Of a DNA stretch of 64,000 bases, positions 14,321-27,850 are shown piece by piece. The stretch's first letter is position 1. Each line of letters opens with the position of its first letter. Source of the stretch: the human T2T-CHM13v2.0 reference genome, Homo sapiens; assembly GCF_009914755.1 (NCBI RefSeq), contig NC_060930.1, one strand, 5' to 3'. Under the pieces are notes generated by a model that did not search any database, was not told the DNA's origin, and saw only the letters and a list, made by a program, of their open reading frames with translations. The position numbers and the translations under genes are program-made.

Positions 14321-15466
14321 AATAGAGATAATCCAGCATATTCAGAACACCCCAAAACAGAATTTTATTTTGCATCCCCTAAGGAAATACACATAAAATT
14401 TAGAGAAATTCTCAGTATAGAATTTAAAGTTCATCTTTTTATGATAGTATATAAATAAGAGCAATAGAGCATGAATTTCTATATATAACATATGTATATT
14501 AGAAACGTTCATTAAGGTAACCACCAAAAGTGGTAGAAGGCTACACTGAATATGAGTTTTGTAAATATGGTTCCCTAGTGGCATCACAAGACGTTTCAAA
14601 CTCACTAGAATCAACTTAGAGAAGAATAAATCCATATAGCCCAGCGACAAACTGCCAAGGCATTCTGAACACCAAGATCTACCATGAGCATCCACTCCAG
14701 AATGTATGTGTTATTCACTCAACATACATCTACCGAGACCCCATTCAATGAAAGCAGAGTGTGAGAACCTCTGCTTTCATTCATTGTTACAGCTCAAGGT
14801 ATTCATTGTTATAGCTCAAGGACATTACTTTGCCTTTTACAATACTAACATTGAGAGTTCCACACTCTAGGAAAAAGCAAGTGCATTCCAATGAAGTGTG
14901 TAATAGCATGCTCACCCAAAGATAGTGAGGACAGATTCCTCATTGATCTCTCTCAGTGCCAACAGGAAAATATCCCAGTATGGTGCATTCTACTAAGTAT
15001 CTCCTTAGGTGTTTCAAGTGGCTAAAAATAAATCAGTCCAAAGTGACAAGTCATGGTCATTAGTGCCTGTGAACCTTTGCAACTACCATCACTTCTGCCT
15101 TTTGTATAACTTCTTAACTCTTGTTCTCATAAGTTTCTACTAAATGACTCATTGCCACTGGGAAGCATTCCCTGAACTTCCCAGCATCAACAACTTCTTC
15201 ATCTATACTAAGACAGTGTCCAGTTCCCTTCCCTTGTGGGTTGGGTTGGCTGGAGAAAGTGCTGGGAGCTGAAGATGCCAGAGGGGTCACCACCCCATGG
15301 CTTCCACTATCACCACTTTAGAGGAAAAGTAAAGTGTTCCAAATAGAGCAGGGCCTTGTGTCACTCTGTCTCACCTGAAAGTTCAGTTCCCTTCTGATTG
15401 GTGCACTCCCTGCCGAAAACCATTCATTGCCTACTAACCACCACAGATGATATCCAATCTCTAGAG

Positions 15467-15956
<490 letters not shown>

Positions 15957-15988
15957 TTAGAGAGTGGTGTCGGAGACGTCTTGATCCA

Positions 15989-16206
15989 TTCCCCCAGTGC
16001 CTTTCTGGCCTCATCTGCAGAACCCAATATCCAGCCATAGACAACTCCCTGAGGTTACCCCAAAATGTGTCTTGATTATAATACACCCACAGCTTTAAAC
16101 ATGCTATTTATTTTCCCTACCATAATATGATCAAATTCTTATTTTTGAAGATTAATTCTGTAACTGATTCAAAGGTGAGTTTTTGATGGGTGGTAGGGAT
16201 AAGGGG
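15989..16206 (+). repeat. Local dispersed direct repeat, copy 1 (~218 bp)
   Basis: Aligns end to end with 18037-18254; about 25 differences counted by eye. Confidence 0.92.
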
Positions 16207-16209
16207 TAC

Positions 16210-17230
<1,021 letters not shown>

Positions 17231-17279
17231 AGGTTCTGGAAAATACGGAAGTGCAAAGAACAAACATAGGCTTGTCGGG

Positions 17280-17525
17280 AAACTATACTGCTATTGTTTG
17301 AAAGGCTTTAGATTCAGACAAATCTGGCTCTAAATCCTAGTTCAGACACCTGTTTTCTGTGAAGCCTAATTAACCTTTCCAGGTGGCAGTTTCTCCATGG
17401 GTAAAATAGAAACTACACTAATTACAAATGACTATTATGACAAATGTCTATAAAATAAAATGATAGAGGTTAAAGTGCTTGATACATAGCCAATATTTAA
17501 TAATCATTATGAATTATTATTGTTA
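17280..17525 (+). mobile_element. MIR
   Basis: 'ggctttagattcagacaaatctggctctaaatcctag...cagtttctccatgggtaaaatag'. Confidence 0.7.
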
Positions 17526-18036
17526 CCAAAACTGTGGCTTTACAAGAAGATAGATAAGATTATGGCTATGGGGGCACAAGCTCAAAAGAATAAGATTGTT
17601 TTTCATTTTGAAAAATGAGCCTGTTTACAGACTATAAACAGTGTTTGTATAAAGAGAGGTTATAATTGATCACTCACAGTTCTGGAGGATATAGAAAAGG
17701 ATGAAATTAAGAGCATAGGTGACAAATTAGAATCGACTTTTTGTGTATGAGAGAGAAGAAGAGAGATGAGTTGGAAATTGAGTTGAAAACAAAAAAAAGA
17801 GACAATGGAAGATGAGGGAGTTCCCTCCTGGTTAGTAAAATTATAAAGAAAGCCAGCTTAAAGCTTCTCAGGGGACCAATCTCTACGAGGTATTAGCATG
17901 TCACTAGAGAAAATTAGTTTTACTAGAACTTCTCACAGGGAAACTGCAGTATTCTACATGGTAGGAAGGCAAATTCAATTCCTTCTTGAGGTGGAGAAAA
18001 GTGAAACACTCTTCCCTCTGCCAAGAAGGCCCATAG

Positions 18037-18254
18037 TTCCCCCAGTGCCTTTCTGGTCTCATCTGCAAACCCAATATCCAGCCATGAACAACTACTTGAG
18101 GTTACCCAAAAATGTGTTTTTATTTTAATATACCCCCAGCTTTAAACATGCTATTTCATTTGCCTACCATAACACGATCAAATTCTTATTTTAGAAAATT
18201 AACTCTGGTAACTGTTTCAAAGATGAGTTTTTGATGAGTGGTAGGGATAAGAGG
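18037..18254 (+). repeat. Local dispersed direct repeat, copy 2
   Basis: Paralogous to 15989-16206. Confidence 0.92.
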
Positions 18255-18442
18255 CATTAGTACAGTAATAACAAAAAACGGTTACTACACCTCTTTGTAC
18301 AAGGGGAGGGGAGGCTCTGCTGATCTGCAGAGCTGTTGCTTTGCAGAATGCAGTGTGCATGTCTGGGGCCATAGCTGAATTGCTTAAAATAATGGAAGAA
18401 AGGTTGATCCGTCCCTCCTTTCCCTTTAATAATTATCCAAGC

Positions 18443-18777
18443 CAGTAGTCCCCAACCTTTTTGGCACCAGGGACCTGTTTCATGGAAGACAATTTTCCCA
18501 CGGACTGGGTAGGGGGATGGTTTTGGGATGAAACTGTTCCACCTTAGGTCATCAAGCATTAGATTCTCATAAGGATTGTGCAACCTAGATCCCTCCATGT
18601 GCATTTCACAATAGAGTTTGTGCTGCTATGAGAATCTAATGCCGCAGCTGATCTGATAGGAGGCGGAGCGCAAGCGGTAATGTTTGCTCAACCTCCACTC
18701 ACCTCCTGCTGTGTGGTCTGGTTCCTAACAGGCCACAGACCAGTACCAGTCCATGGCCCAGGGCTTGGGGACCCTCA
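18443..18777 (-). mobile_element. MER1B hAT-Charlie MITE
   Basis: 'gtccccaacctttttggcaccagggacc', internal inverted 'gcattagattctcata...tatgagaatctaatgc', end 'ttggggaccc'. Confidence 0.93.
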
Positions 18778-19864
18778 ATCTAAACAACATTGGTTTGAAA
18801 TGTTCCAAACCAGCAGCCTGCCTGGGGTGCTCAAACCTTGGCTCCATTGGAAATGGAAATGAAGTTCCTGGTGATGGGGAGTGGGTCAGGGTATTTGAAG
18901 AGAGTGGAAGGGATGATGACAGATTCTGTGAAAAACCTGAAACCAACAGGTATTGAAGATAGAAACTGTGTAAGGGGCTTACAAATGAGAAAGGAGAAAA
19001 AATATCAAGTGACTAGAACAGTCTGTGAGGTCACCTATACTTCTCCTTCTTTTCCCTTAACTTCTTCCCTTTTGCCAATTCCTTCTGCTGACTTACTTTG
19101 AAACTCTGACATTTTCAATTCCCTCTTTATTTCCCCTCTCCCCTGCCCCACCTCACCCTTGGTCCTTATTCTCCTGATTGTATACTTTTTGGGTAGCACT
19201 GCTTTGCCACTCCACAGGTAAATCAGACTTATTTGATCTTATTTCTAGGGTATTATGTTTCCCAAAGTGGTGGGGAAAAAAAGAGAGGATACATAAATTC
19301 CAGTTTATATAAAAATAAAATGGAATCTGAAGTACTCATCTACGTTTCCCTTTTTACGCATACATAATTTTTTCATATTTTGCTTTACAAAACTACAATC
19401 AGTGCCTCTAATAGACTTTCCCTTATTATAGCCTCTTCAGTCCATGCAGTATAAGAAGAATCAAACTGTTTTAAATATGCATATTCAAGCCAGAGAATTA
19501 ACTTCAAAATAAGATATTTTCCAGGAATAATTACTGCTGTAGTTAATGACCTGTAGCATGCTTTGGTACATTAACTCCTCCCAGCTGGTTAATACTCCCT
19601 TAGGAAATGCCCAGTGTCTCAATCATTATTGACTAATTAATTGGGCTTTCCTGGACACAGATGTGTTTTTGTAACATCATATCTCAAGCAGGTGTATTTA
19701 GTTGTCCACTGACCAAATGCTGTTGTCCAGTTTCAGATTCTTCTAGACCGATATTCATTGATGGTCTAGTTTACATTCATGAAAGTATCAAAATAAAAAT
19801 GAAATCAGAAAATATACTAATGTGAAACTTCCCAAACAAAATAGGCTTTTTTCTTCCCTAAGAG

Positions 19865-20030
19865 AACTATGTGCTAGCTCTGTGATACTAAGCAAGTTAC
19901 TTAACCTCTCTTAAGCTTCATCTTCTCATCTCTAAAATGAGGATAATAATAGCAGCTGCTATCATAGGAGTCTTGCAAGAACGAAGAGATAATGCAGAGC
20001 AAATATATAGGATAATGCATGATATCAGTA
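19865..20030 (+). mobile_element. MIR
   Basis: 'agcaagttacttaacctctcttaagcttcatcttctcatctctaaaatgaggataataatag'. Confidence 0.85.
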
Positions 20031-20385
20031 TTCAGGAAGTCATCATTTTTATTTACTATCTTCTTTACTACAAAAGCAGAGGGCAGATTGCATGGGCATA
20101 GAATATTTTGCGCCAATTACAAGCTCACCTCAATCCCAATATTTTTGGCCTTTTTCCTAAAACAAATCCTAAAGAGAATTATACAGTACTCACAGATTCT
20201 CTGAACTGAGTGAGAATATAAGAAAGGAAGAAAAGAAAATCAGGATAGACTTCTCAGTCACTCTTTGAATGTGAAAATGCTTAGCCACCAAACTCTTGAT
20301 CATTTTTTAATCAATAGTTTTTTTTTTCGTCAATACCTCCACCAAACTCTTGATCTTTTTTTCATCAATAGCCATCCATCAAGTA

Positions 20386-21018
20386 TAGATAGCAGCAGGA
20401 GGCAGACAAATGCCTAGGCAGATAGGGGCAGGTCCCTAGTGAAATTCCACCTCCAAGCTGAAGACAGTGTAAAGCCTGAAAGGCAAGCTACAAGTCAAAT
20501 CCACGGACCAGATTAAAAAATTGTCTTCCCGTTTGGCACACTTTCCTCTGATTGAACCCCACTCTTCAGCTATTTTACATATACCTACCCTTTTCTAATT
20601 GGTTTTCTACACTGCCATGCCCATCTTTGAGTGGTGCCTTTGCTTTAGCCTTTCTTTGCATACTCACAAGCCAATCAGCACATACTCTCCATTCTGAATC
20701 CATAAAAAGCCCTGGACCCAGCCACACAGAGAGAAAAACCACCCTGCATCCCCTCTCTGCTGAGAGCTATTCTGTTGCTCAATAAAATTCTTCTCCACTC
20801 ATTCTCATCCTTCTAATTGTCTGCATAACCTCAGTCTTCTTGGATGTGGGACAAGAGTTCAGGAACCACCAAACACGGGTACAATCTGTAACATAGGTGG
20901 GCCAAGTGGGTGGGGTGCCTCCAGTGGCAGGCCCAGGGCCAAGTGAGGCCCAGGCAGGCATGCATCACTGGCCATGAAGGTCCCCAGTTGGCACAGTAGC
21001 CGAGAAATATCCTGCATC
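20386..21018 (+). mobile_element. ERV1 solo LTR, LTR27-like
   Basis: 'caggaggcagacaaatgcctaggcagataggggcaggtccc'; CCAAT and 'cataaaa' boxes; poly(A) signal 'ctcaataaaattc'; end 'cctgcatc'. Confidence 0.8.
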
Positions 21019-21747
21019 GTTTCAGCCACTGAAAATCATGAGTGACCCGAATGAGAGTGCAAGAGGTCAAGGTTCTGATATGCTTTCAAACACTGATTTG
21101 TGCACTTGAACCAAAGCATGAAAATTGCCTGGTGAGTTTAGGCTGCACGGCTAAAAAGAGGAGGTATAGCAGCTGTTGACTGAGAGCCTCCATGCCAGCT
21201 GAGGCCAGGTTTTCACCCATGGATGCCACAAAAGCAGCCATAGTCTCATAGGGACTGAAGCCTTGGGATTGGTGGTGCCCTTGGGAATGACAGTGCCCTT
21301 TAGAGGAGAGGAGTTGTCATCTCTGCAGAAGCTCCCTGTGTCCCTTTCCTGCCTGTCTTCTCACTCGCTTTGCCTCCTGAAATCTGGAAGAACAAATAAT
21401 AACCTAGAAACTGAAAAGTAAGATTCAAGCATCTTTCATCTAATGTGATCTGTTTTGCGAACCATTATAAGTCAATGGCTTGAGCTTTTTTTTTTTAATT
21501 TTCAAAATCTCATTACATCCCTAATAGGGTTCTTTTGTGGATAAAAATGATTCAGTGCTTTTAAGTACAAGAGCTTTGCTGCTTATAAATGCTCGCTGGA
21601 GTCACGTAAGTGTAGTAAATTATAAATTTGGAAATGTAAAAGTAACAGGCTTCTGATTGAACCACAGGGCTGTATATATTTTTTTAAACCACAAAAAGAA
21701 AAATATATAGCTTCTAGTTATTATAAATAAAATCACAATAATTTACC

Positions 21748-22428
21748 TGTATTAGTCCATTTTCACATTGCTAATAAAGACATACCTGAGATGGGGTAAT
21801 TTACAAAGAAAAGAGGTTCAATTGATTTACAGTTCTGCAGGGCTGGGGAGGCCTCAGGAAACTTACAATCATGGCAGAAGGAGAAGCAAATACGTCCTTC
21901 TTCACATGGAAGGAGAAGTGCCGAGCAAAGGGGGAAAAGTCCCTTATAAAGCCATCAGATTGGCCAGGCGCGATGGCTAAGCCTGTAATCCCAGCACTTT
22001 GGGAGGCCAAGGTAGGTGCATCACAAGGTCAGGAAATCGAGACCATCCTGGCTAACACGGTGAAACCCCATTTCTACTAAAAAAACAAAAAACAAACAAA
22101 AAACACACACAAAAAAAAATTATCAGGGTGTGGTGGCGGGCGCCTGTAGTCCCAGCTACTCGGGAGTTGAGGCGGGAGAATGGCGTGAACCTGGGAGGCG
22201 GAGCACTCCAGCCTGGGCGACAGAGTGAGACTGTGTTTGAAATAAAATAAAATAAAATAAATAAAAATCAGATCTCCTGAGAACTCACTCACTATCACGA
22301 GAACAGCATGGGGGAAACTGCCCCCATGATTCAACTACCTCCCACAGGGTCCCTCCCATGACACGTGGGGATTATAGGAACTACAATTCAAGATGAGATT
22401 TGAGTGGAGTCACAGCCAAAACATAGCA
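21748..22428 (-). mobile_element. THE1 (THE1C-like) MaLR solo LTR, split by an Alu
   Basis: 'tgtattagtccattttcac...cacagccaaaacatagca'. Perfect 5-bp TSD 'ttacc' at 21743-21747 and 22429-22433. Confidence 0.93.
21962..22265 (+). mobile_element. Alu (AluY-like) inside THE1, with right-arm deletion and expanded linker
   Basis: 'gagaccatcctggctaacacggtgaaaccc' and 'gaatggcgtgaacc'. 'gaggcggag' joins directly to 'cactccagcc'. TSD remnant 'atcagat'. Confidence 0.95.
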
Positions 22429-24714
22429 TTACCTTTAGTTTGTAATTTCAGTATTTTAAGCCAATGCATTAAAGGAAGAATTTAATGGGTCTCAGAATAA
22501 TTAATCTAATAGCAAGAGCCTTGATTCTCATTTCAATTTCTATATGGAACTCCTGATGACTTGAAAGAAAGTGAGATCCAAAATAAGGATTGGTCCTTCT
22601 AATGGTAACAGTTATGCAGCGTAAAATTTCAAAAAGGGAAATGCATATAATTTACTATTATAAATATTTGGAAAATCAGCATCTAACTTACATGCTTTAG
22701 AAAGAAAGAAGACTTGGGGAAGTTGTGCTTTTATGAAGCTTTCTGCATTGCTTATCAAAACGAAGGCCATGCTAAACATGGCCTTCACTGAGAAATACCA
22801 GCCCAGGAACAAACTCATTTCTGATAAAGTTGATGCAGCTGTTTGATGCACAGAATAACTCACAAGGATTCCAGAAGCAGGAGTACTGTTTATTCAGTAT
22901 GCTGGCAGAAAGGAACTTTTCATTTAGAAGCTCGGAGCACATAATGAGATTTATCTAAAAGCAATGGTGGCCACAGAAACTGTTGAGATAAACACAAGGG
23001 AATAAACACAAGGGGATTTCATTTTGTATTTAGCCAGGCCTACAACCCATGTAGGAGGCCCATAAAACCAGACTGCTTGTACATTGGAGTGTAAGCATTT
23101 CTATGATGAATCCATTGAACTCAGCCTTCCCCATCTAATAATGGACCAACGGTTTCTTCATGTGAGCAAGTCATTTGCTTCTCTATCATTAAGAAAACCG
23201 TAGTCACTATTCTAACAGTGGCTTTACTCAACTGGCAAAAGTCTTCTTCCTCTTTTTTGCTTCTTTTCTTAAACAAACATGTGCAGTTGAATGGTATTAG
23301 AGGTATATGTGGTCTGATCCATGTAACAAGAGTCCTGGAAATATGTCATGATTGTTCCTGATTTTGATCAAACTGACCATCCTGCTTGGATGACCATGCT
23401 GTCTCTTCAGGGTCTGAAATTTGGTATCTTTAACCAAATTTCAAACAAATCATAGGGCTCTAGTTCCCTAGATAGTGGCATGTTTTGTGGAAAATTTATA
23501 TTCAAGGCTTAGATGAAGAAACAGGCATCTCTCTAAAAGAGTGAATCTTTTCTCTTTATATCAGTATGGCACAATTAAAAGGAGGTCACAAGAGCTTTAT
23601 TTCTTGGCCTGTACACAGAACTGTAAGGAAAACGATGCCAACGTGTAGGCCAAACTTTGTGGACCAGCACTACTTACTCCTAACCTGTGCCAGGAAGCCC
23701 CTGACACAAAGAGCTGGAAGCTTTCTCTAAGGAAGACTTCTGATTGACAGAAAGCATGATAGCAGAGTTGAAGGGCAGAAGCTGCATCTCAACTGCCCTC
23801 AAAAGAAGTGACTTATTTATGCGAGACACTCACTAACTCTCTCTCCAGCAAAGTAAGAAGTGAACCAGAACTGCAAAAATGTAAAAAGAGACACAAAGCA
23901 CATTGTTTGGAAGACATTTGAAGACATTAACCTTTACAAAAAGAAAAATAAAAAGAAAAGAAGGGAGAAAGAAAAAGCTTCCTTTACTCTGCAGGCCTAG
24001 AAAATTGTTACAGAAGTATACCTTGGACAATCAGTCACTTTGAAAAGAAAGTCTCCTTTCTCAAATGAGCTTAAAAATCACCTCTCTGGGGCCAATTTAT
24101 ACTTCATTTTTACCATGACAGAGACCAGAACTTTGATTCTGGCTATGAAAATTTTTCTTAAATCTAATGCAGAGGATGGAAATTGGCACAACAGTATAGA
24201 ATTTTATACTAATTAAGGCCTCGGACAAAAACTCTGGGCCCATGCAAGGGAAGAAAGTTCTAATTGGCCAATTCTTTGGAGGACTCTTCTAAAGTAAAAA
24301 GAGGGAAAGAGGGAAAAAAGAGATGGAGACGGGGGGTGCAATCAACTCAAAAACAATATTCCGAAATCCTCAGAATAAACATTAATAAGAAAAAATATAA
24401 AAATAAAAACAAAAGTAAAAGTAATTTTAATTCAAAAACTTTATACCAAAGAGTCACATTTAACAATCACCTTCATTCATCTTAGGCCCTTTCTCACCTG
24501 GAGTTCCTCAGAGAATTAAGTCCTCATACTACTCTAGGGCATCCATTGCATATTAATTAAGTTCTCTCCTTGGCATCTAGGATATTCAGGTATGCACCAT
24601 CCTTGGAAGAACTAAGAAAGAGTGACTTAAACAATTTTCGGTTTTTGTAAAATGAGGAACTCAATCTAAATCTTCAATATAAATAATTTCTTGTAACAAC
24701 TCCCTCAAAATACA

Positions 24715-24796
24715 TTCTCTTTCTCTCTCTCCTCCACCACCCCCCTGTGTGTGGGGGGTGTCTGTCTCTCTCTCTCTCAAACACACACACACACAC

Positions 24797-24827
<31 letters not shown>
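24715..24827. repeat. Compound (TC)n/(CA)n microsatellite
   Basis: TC runs followed by an interrupted CA run. Confidence 0.93.
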
Positions 24828-24829
<2 letters not shown>

Positions 24830-26149
24830 GAGACTAAATAAGGCACACTCCCCTTCAGTTCAGGAACTTGGAATTCTGTCTCTTTCTATTCTCACTCTTC
24901 TTTAAGGTTTCATCTGCCCAGAAACCTCTCCTGACCTCTCTGAGCTGTTTTACACGCTCTCTGTGCTCCCTGTCCCCCATGGCACCTTTTGCTCACTTCT
25001 ATTTTTTGCACTCATTGTTGCATTATAATCAACTGTGGATTGTTCCTTTTTCCCCTTCATTGATTTCAAGAAAAGCACCTTAGTATTTTTAAACGCCAAA
25101 TGCCTAATTTAGTTTCTAAACTAAGAGGTCCTCTATAAAACAGATTGATTTAAACCAATTTTATCTATGACACCAGCCTAAAATTATTTAATGAAAGCAG
25201 AAGCCATCATTTTGTTTGATATTCTAAATGCTAAATATCTTTATTATCTATCAAAATGGCTATCAAACTCTATTCCACAGAATGTCAAGATTCCTTGAAA
25301 GAATCTATGGCCATCTTCTACACATATTTGTTCAATAAATATTGAATGAACGAACAGATGAATGAGTAAAAAATATAGAAGGAGATATGAAAAATAGCAT
25401 AATTGATCCAAAGTGTTTGAAATCCTTTTCTGAAAGAATTTGAGAGTATAAATGAGTATAAACAAGGAAAACTTCTTTACTTCATTTTTGTAGTTTAATT
25501 GCTTTGTTGTTTTTCATTACAAACTTGTAATTTATAATTTCCCATAATATTTTTGTCTAATAAGACTTTAAGCTCATTCAGAGCTTGGACCATGTTATAG
25601 ATTATTTAATATCCTGAGAGCTCTAAACCTAACACTTAGTGCAGAGCAGGTGCTTAAGAAATTCACTAAGGCAGAATTACATTGAAATAAATATTAATTC
25701 ATTTTTAAAAATGACATTGAATAGCTTCACATATAAAGAGTATTTTGCATAAATTATATCTTCAAATCATACTTGCTATTTTGATCATTACAAATAATGC
25801 CACATTTAGAAAGTATAAGTACCAGTATTATGAAATTTTTAATTGTTTCCAATACATTGTATTATTTAACATTCTTCCATTAACTTTTTTAAATAAAGGA
25901 GACAAAATTGACTGGAAAAGTAATACAATTTTAAGAAAGGCAAAATGGCTTTTAATGAGTAACACTTCAACTGTCAGGTTAGGAAATTTTGTCTTAACTG
26001 GAAGCAGGGGAGCAATTTTTAAGAGGCTTTTAAATAATGTTTTGCACAAAATATGTACTTACATTCAGAAGAACCAGAAAAGTTCATTTGGCACCAACAT
26101 TTCACCTAAAATCCATAAAAACATCAGTTAGCTCTATAGAAATCATAGC

Positions 26150-26380
26150 ACACTTTACTTTCTGAGAACACAGATCTAGAACCACCAAATCCATTTACTA
26201 CCTAGCTAACCTTGGGAAGGCACTTAATCTCTTGGTGTCTCTATAGTTTCCCCACCTCTAAAATGGGGATAATAAAACCTGCCTCCTAGAATTATTGTGA
26301 AAATTAACTGGGATAATATGTTTTAACACATTTAGAAGTGACTAGCCCATAATATGCACACGTAGATGTTAGTAATCAAT
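26150..26380 (+). mobile_element. MIR
   Basis: 'accttgggaaggcacttaatctc...gtttccccacctctaaaatggggataataa'. Confidence 0.85.
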
Positions 26381-27501
26381 ATCATAGAAGGGACATGCCA
26401 TCTGAAAACTATTTTTGTATCTAATAGAAGATTAAATTCAGAGGAAAAGAGGATTTTATCATAGGAGGTTCACTGTTATTTTTCCCCAAATGCTTATTTC
26501 TCACTTCCTGTACTCTGCAAGGCTGTCTTATCTATGAACCAGGAAAACTTGAGAATAAAAATTGGAATGGAAGATTTTATTTCATGAAATCCCGACAAAA
26601 AATTATTCCTAAACATTTATAAAGAAGAAAACGATGGGAAAGCAAAACACAACCAAAATCAAAAAGAAGATCTGCTTAGGACAGAGCATAGAAGAAAAAA
26701 ATCCATCAAGGTCCACCTCTCCTCCCCAGAGCCCTCCCTGCTGCACTCTCAGGTCAGCATCCAGGCACAGAGCATCCATCTGGAAGCCCACACTTCACAA
26801 TCCAGCACTGAAACCAGATGGCATGACACGAAGACTCCATTTCTGAGTGCAAAGAATTTTGTAAGTCGAACAGTGAAACCTTCTGAGGAAGCACAACTCC
26901 CTACAGAATTTCACACACCCAAGTTTCTGACCCACAGGTCAAAGAAAGTCTCTAAAAATCTGCCATCTTGGTGCACATACTGCACATTTGGTCTCATTCC
27001 CAGAACACCCTGGAGAAGCACTGGGCATGACAGTTGCCACAGTAAAAGAAGTTAGCCAGGAAATGGGGAGTAAATATGGAAAGGTTACAGCACAGTATCT
27101 CACTGTACACTGGAAAGCTCTAGACAAAGGGATTCTTTCATTAATAAACTTTTTACTGAGAGTTCATCTTTGATGCATAGCATATCCTAGGTAGCATGCA
27201 GAGGTGAACAGGCAACCTCTGCCATCACGGCCCTTAGATTCCAGATGAGGGAAGAAACTAGGCTACTAAGTAAATGTATAATATAGCATCACAGCACATG
27301 GTGGTTGGTTGTGTCATTCTGAAGATTAAGGGAAGACATAATGTGAAAATAGTGTAGCTTCAGTAGTCAGGGTTTAGAGCTGAGACCACCTAGTAAGTTC
27401 ATACAAATACAGCAAAGAAAGGGTGGCACTGAAGGAGGGAAATCAGCAGAGAATGTGTCTCAAATGTGAGCAAGCAGCTTTTTGAATAGGGATAGTCCTA
27501 T

Positions 27502-27850
27502 TGATATGGTTTAGCTGCATCCCCACAAAATCTCATCTTGAACTATAGTCCCCACATGTCAAGGGTGGGACCAGGTGGAGGTAATCTGATCGTCAGGGTG
27601 GTTTCCCCCGATGCTGTTCTTGTGATACTGTGTCTCACAAGATCTGATGGTTTTATAAGCATCGGGCATTTCCCCTGCTTGTACTCATTCTCTCTCCTGC
27701 CACCCTGTGAAGAGGTGCCTTCTGTTATTATTGTAAGTTTCCTGAGGCTACCCCAGCCATGTGGAACCCTGAGTCAATTAAACCTCTTTTCTTTATAAAT
27801 TACCCAGTCTTGGGTATTTCTTCATAGCAGCATGAGAACGGACTAATACA
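27502..27850 (+). mobile_element. THE1 (THE1C/D-like) MaLR solo LTR
   Basis: 'tgatatggtttagctg...gagaacggactaataca'. Perfect 5-bp TSD 'cctat' on both sides. Confidence 0.95.

Noticed and set aside
18557-18642. Long inverted repeat 'gcattagattctcata...tatgagaatctaatgc' as a possible miRNA hairpin
   Set aside because: It is the normal internal palindrome of MER1B.
25745-26131. 128-aa ORF in very AT-rich DNA
   Set aside because: Non-ATG start and I/K/N/F-biased composition reflecting base composition; no family match.
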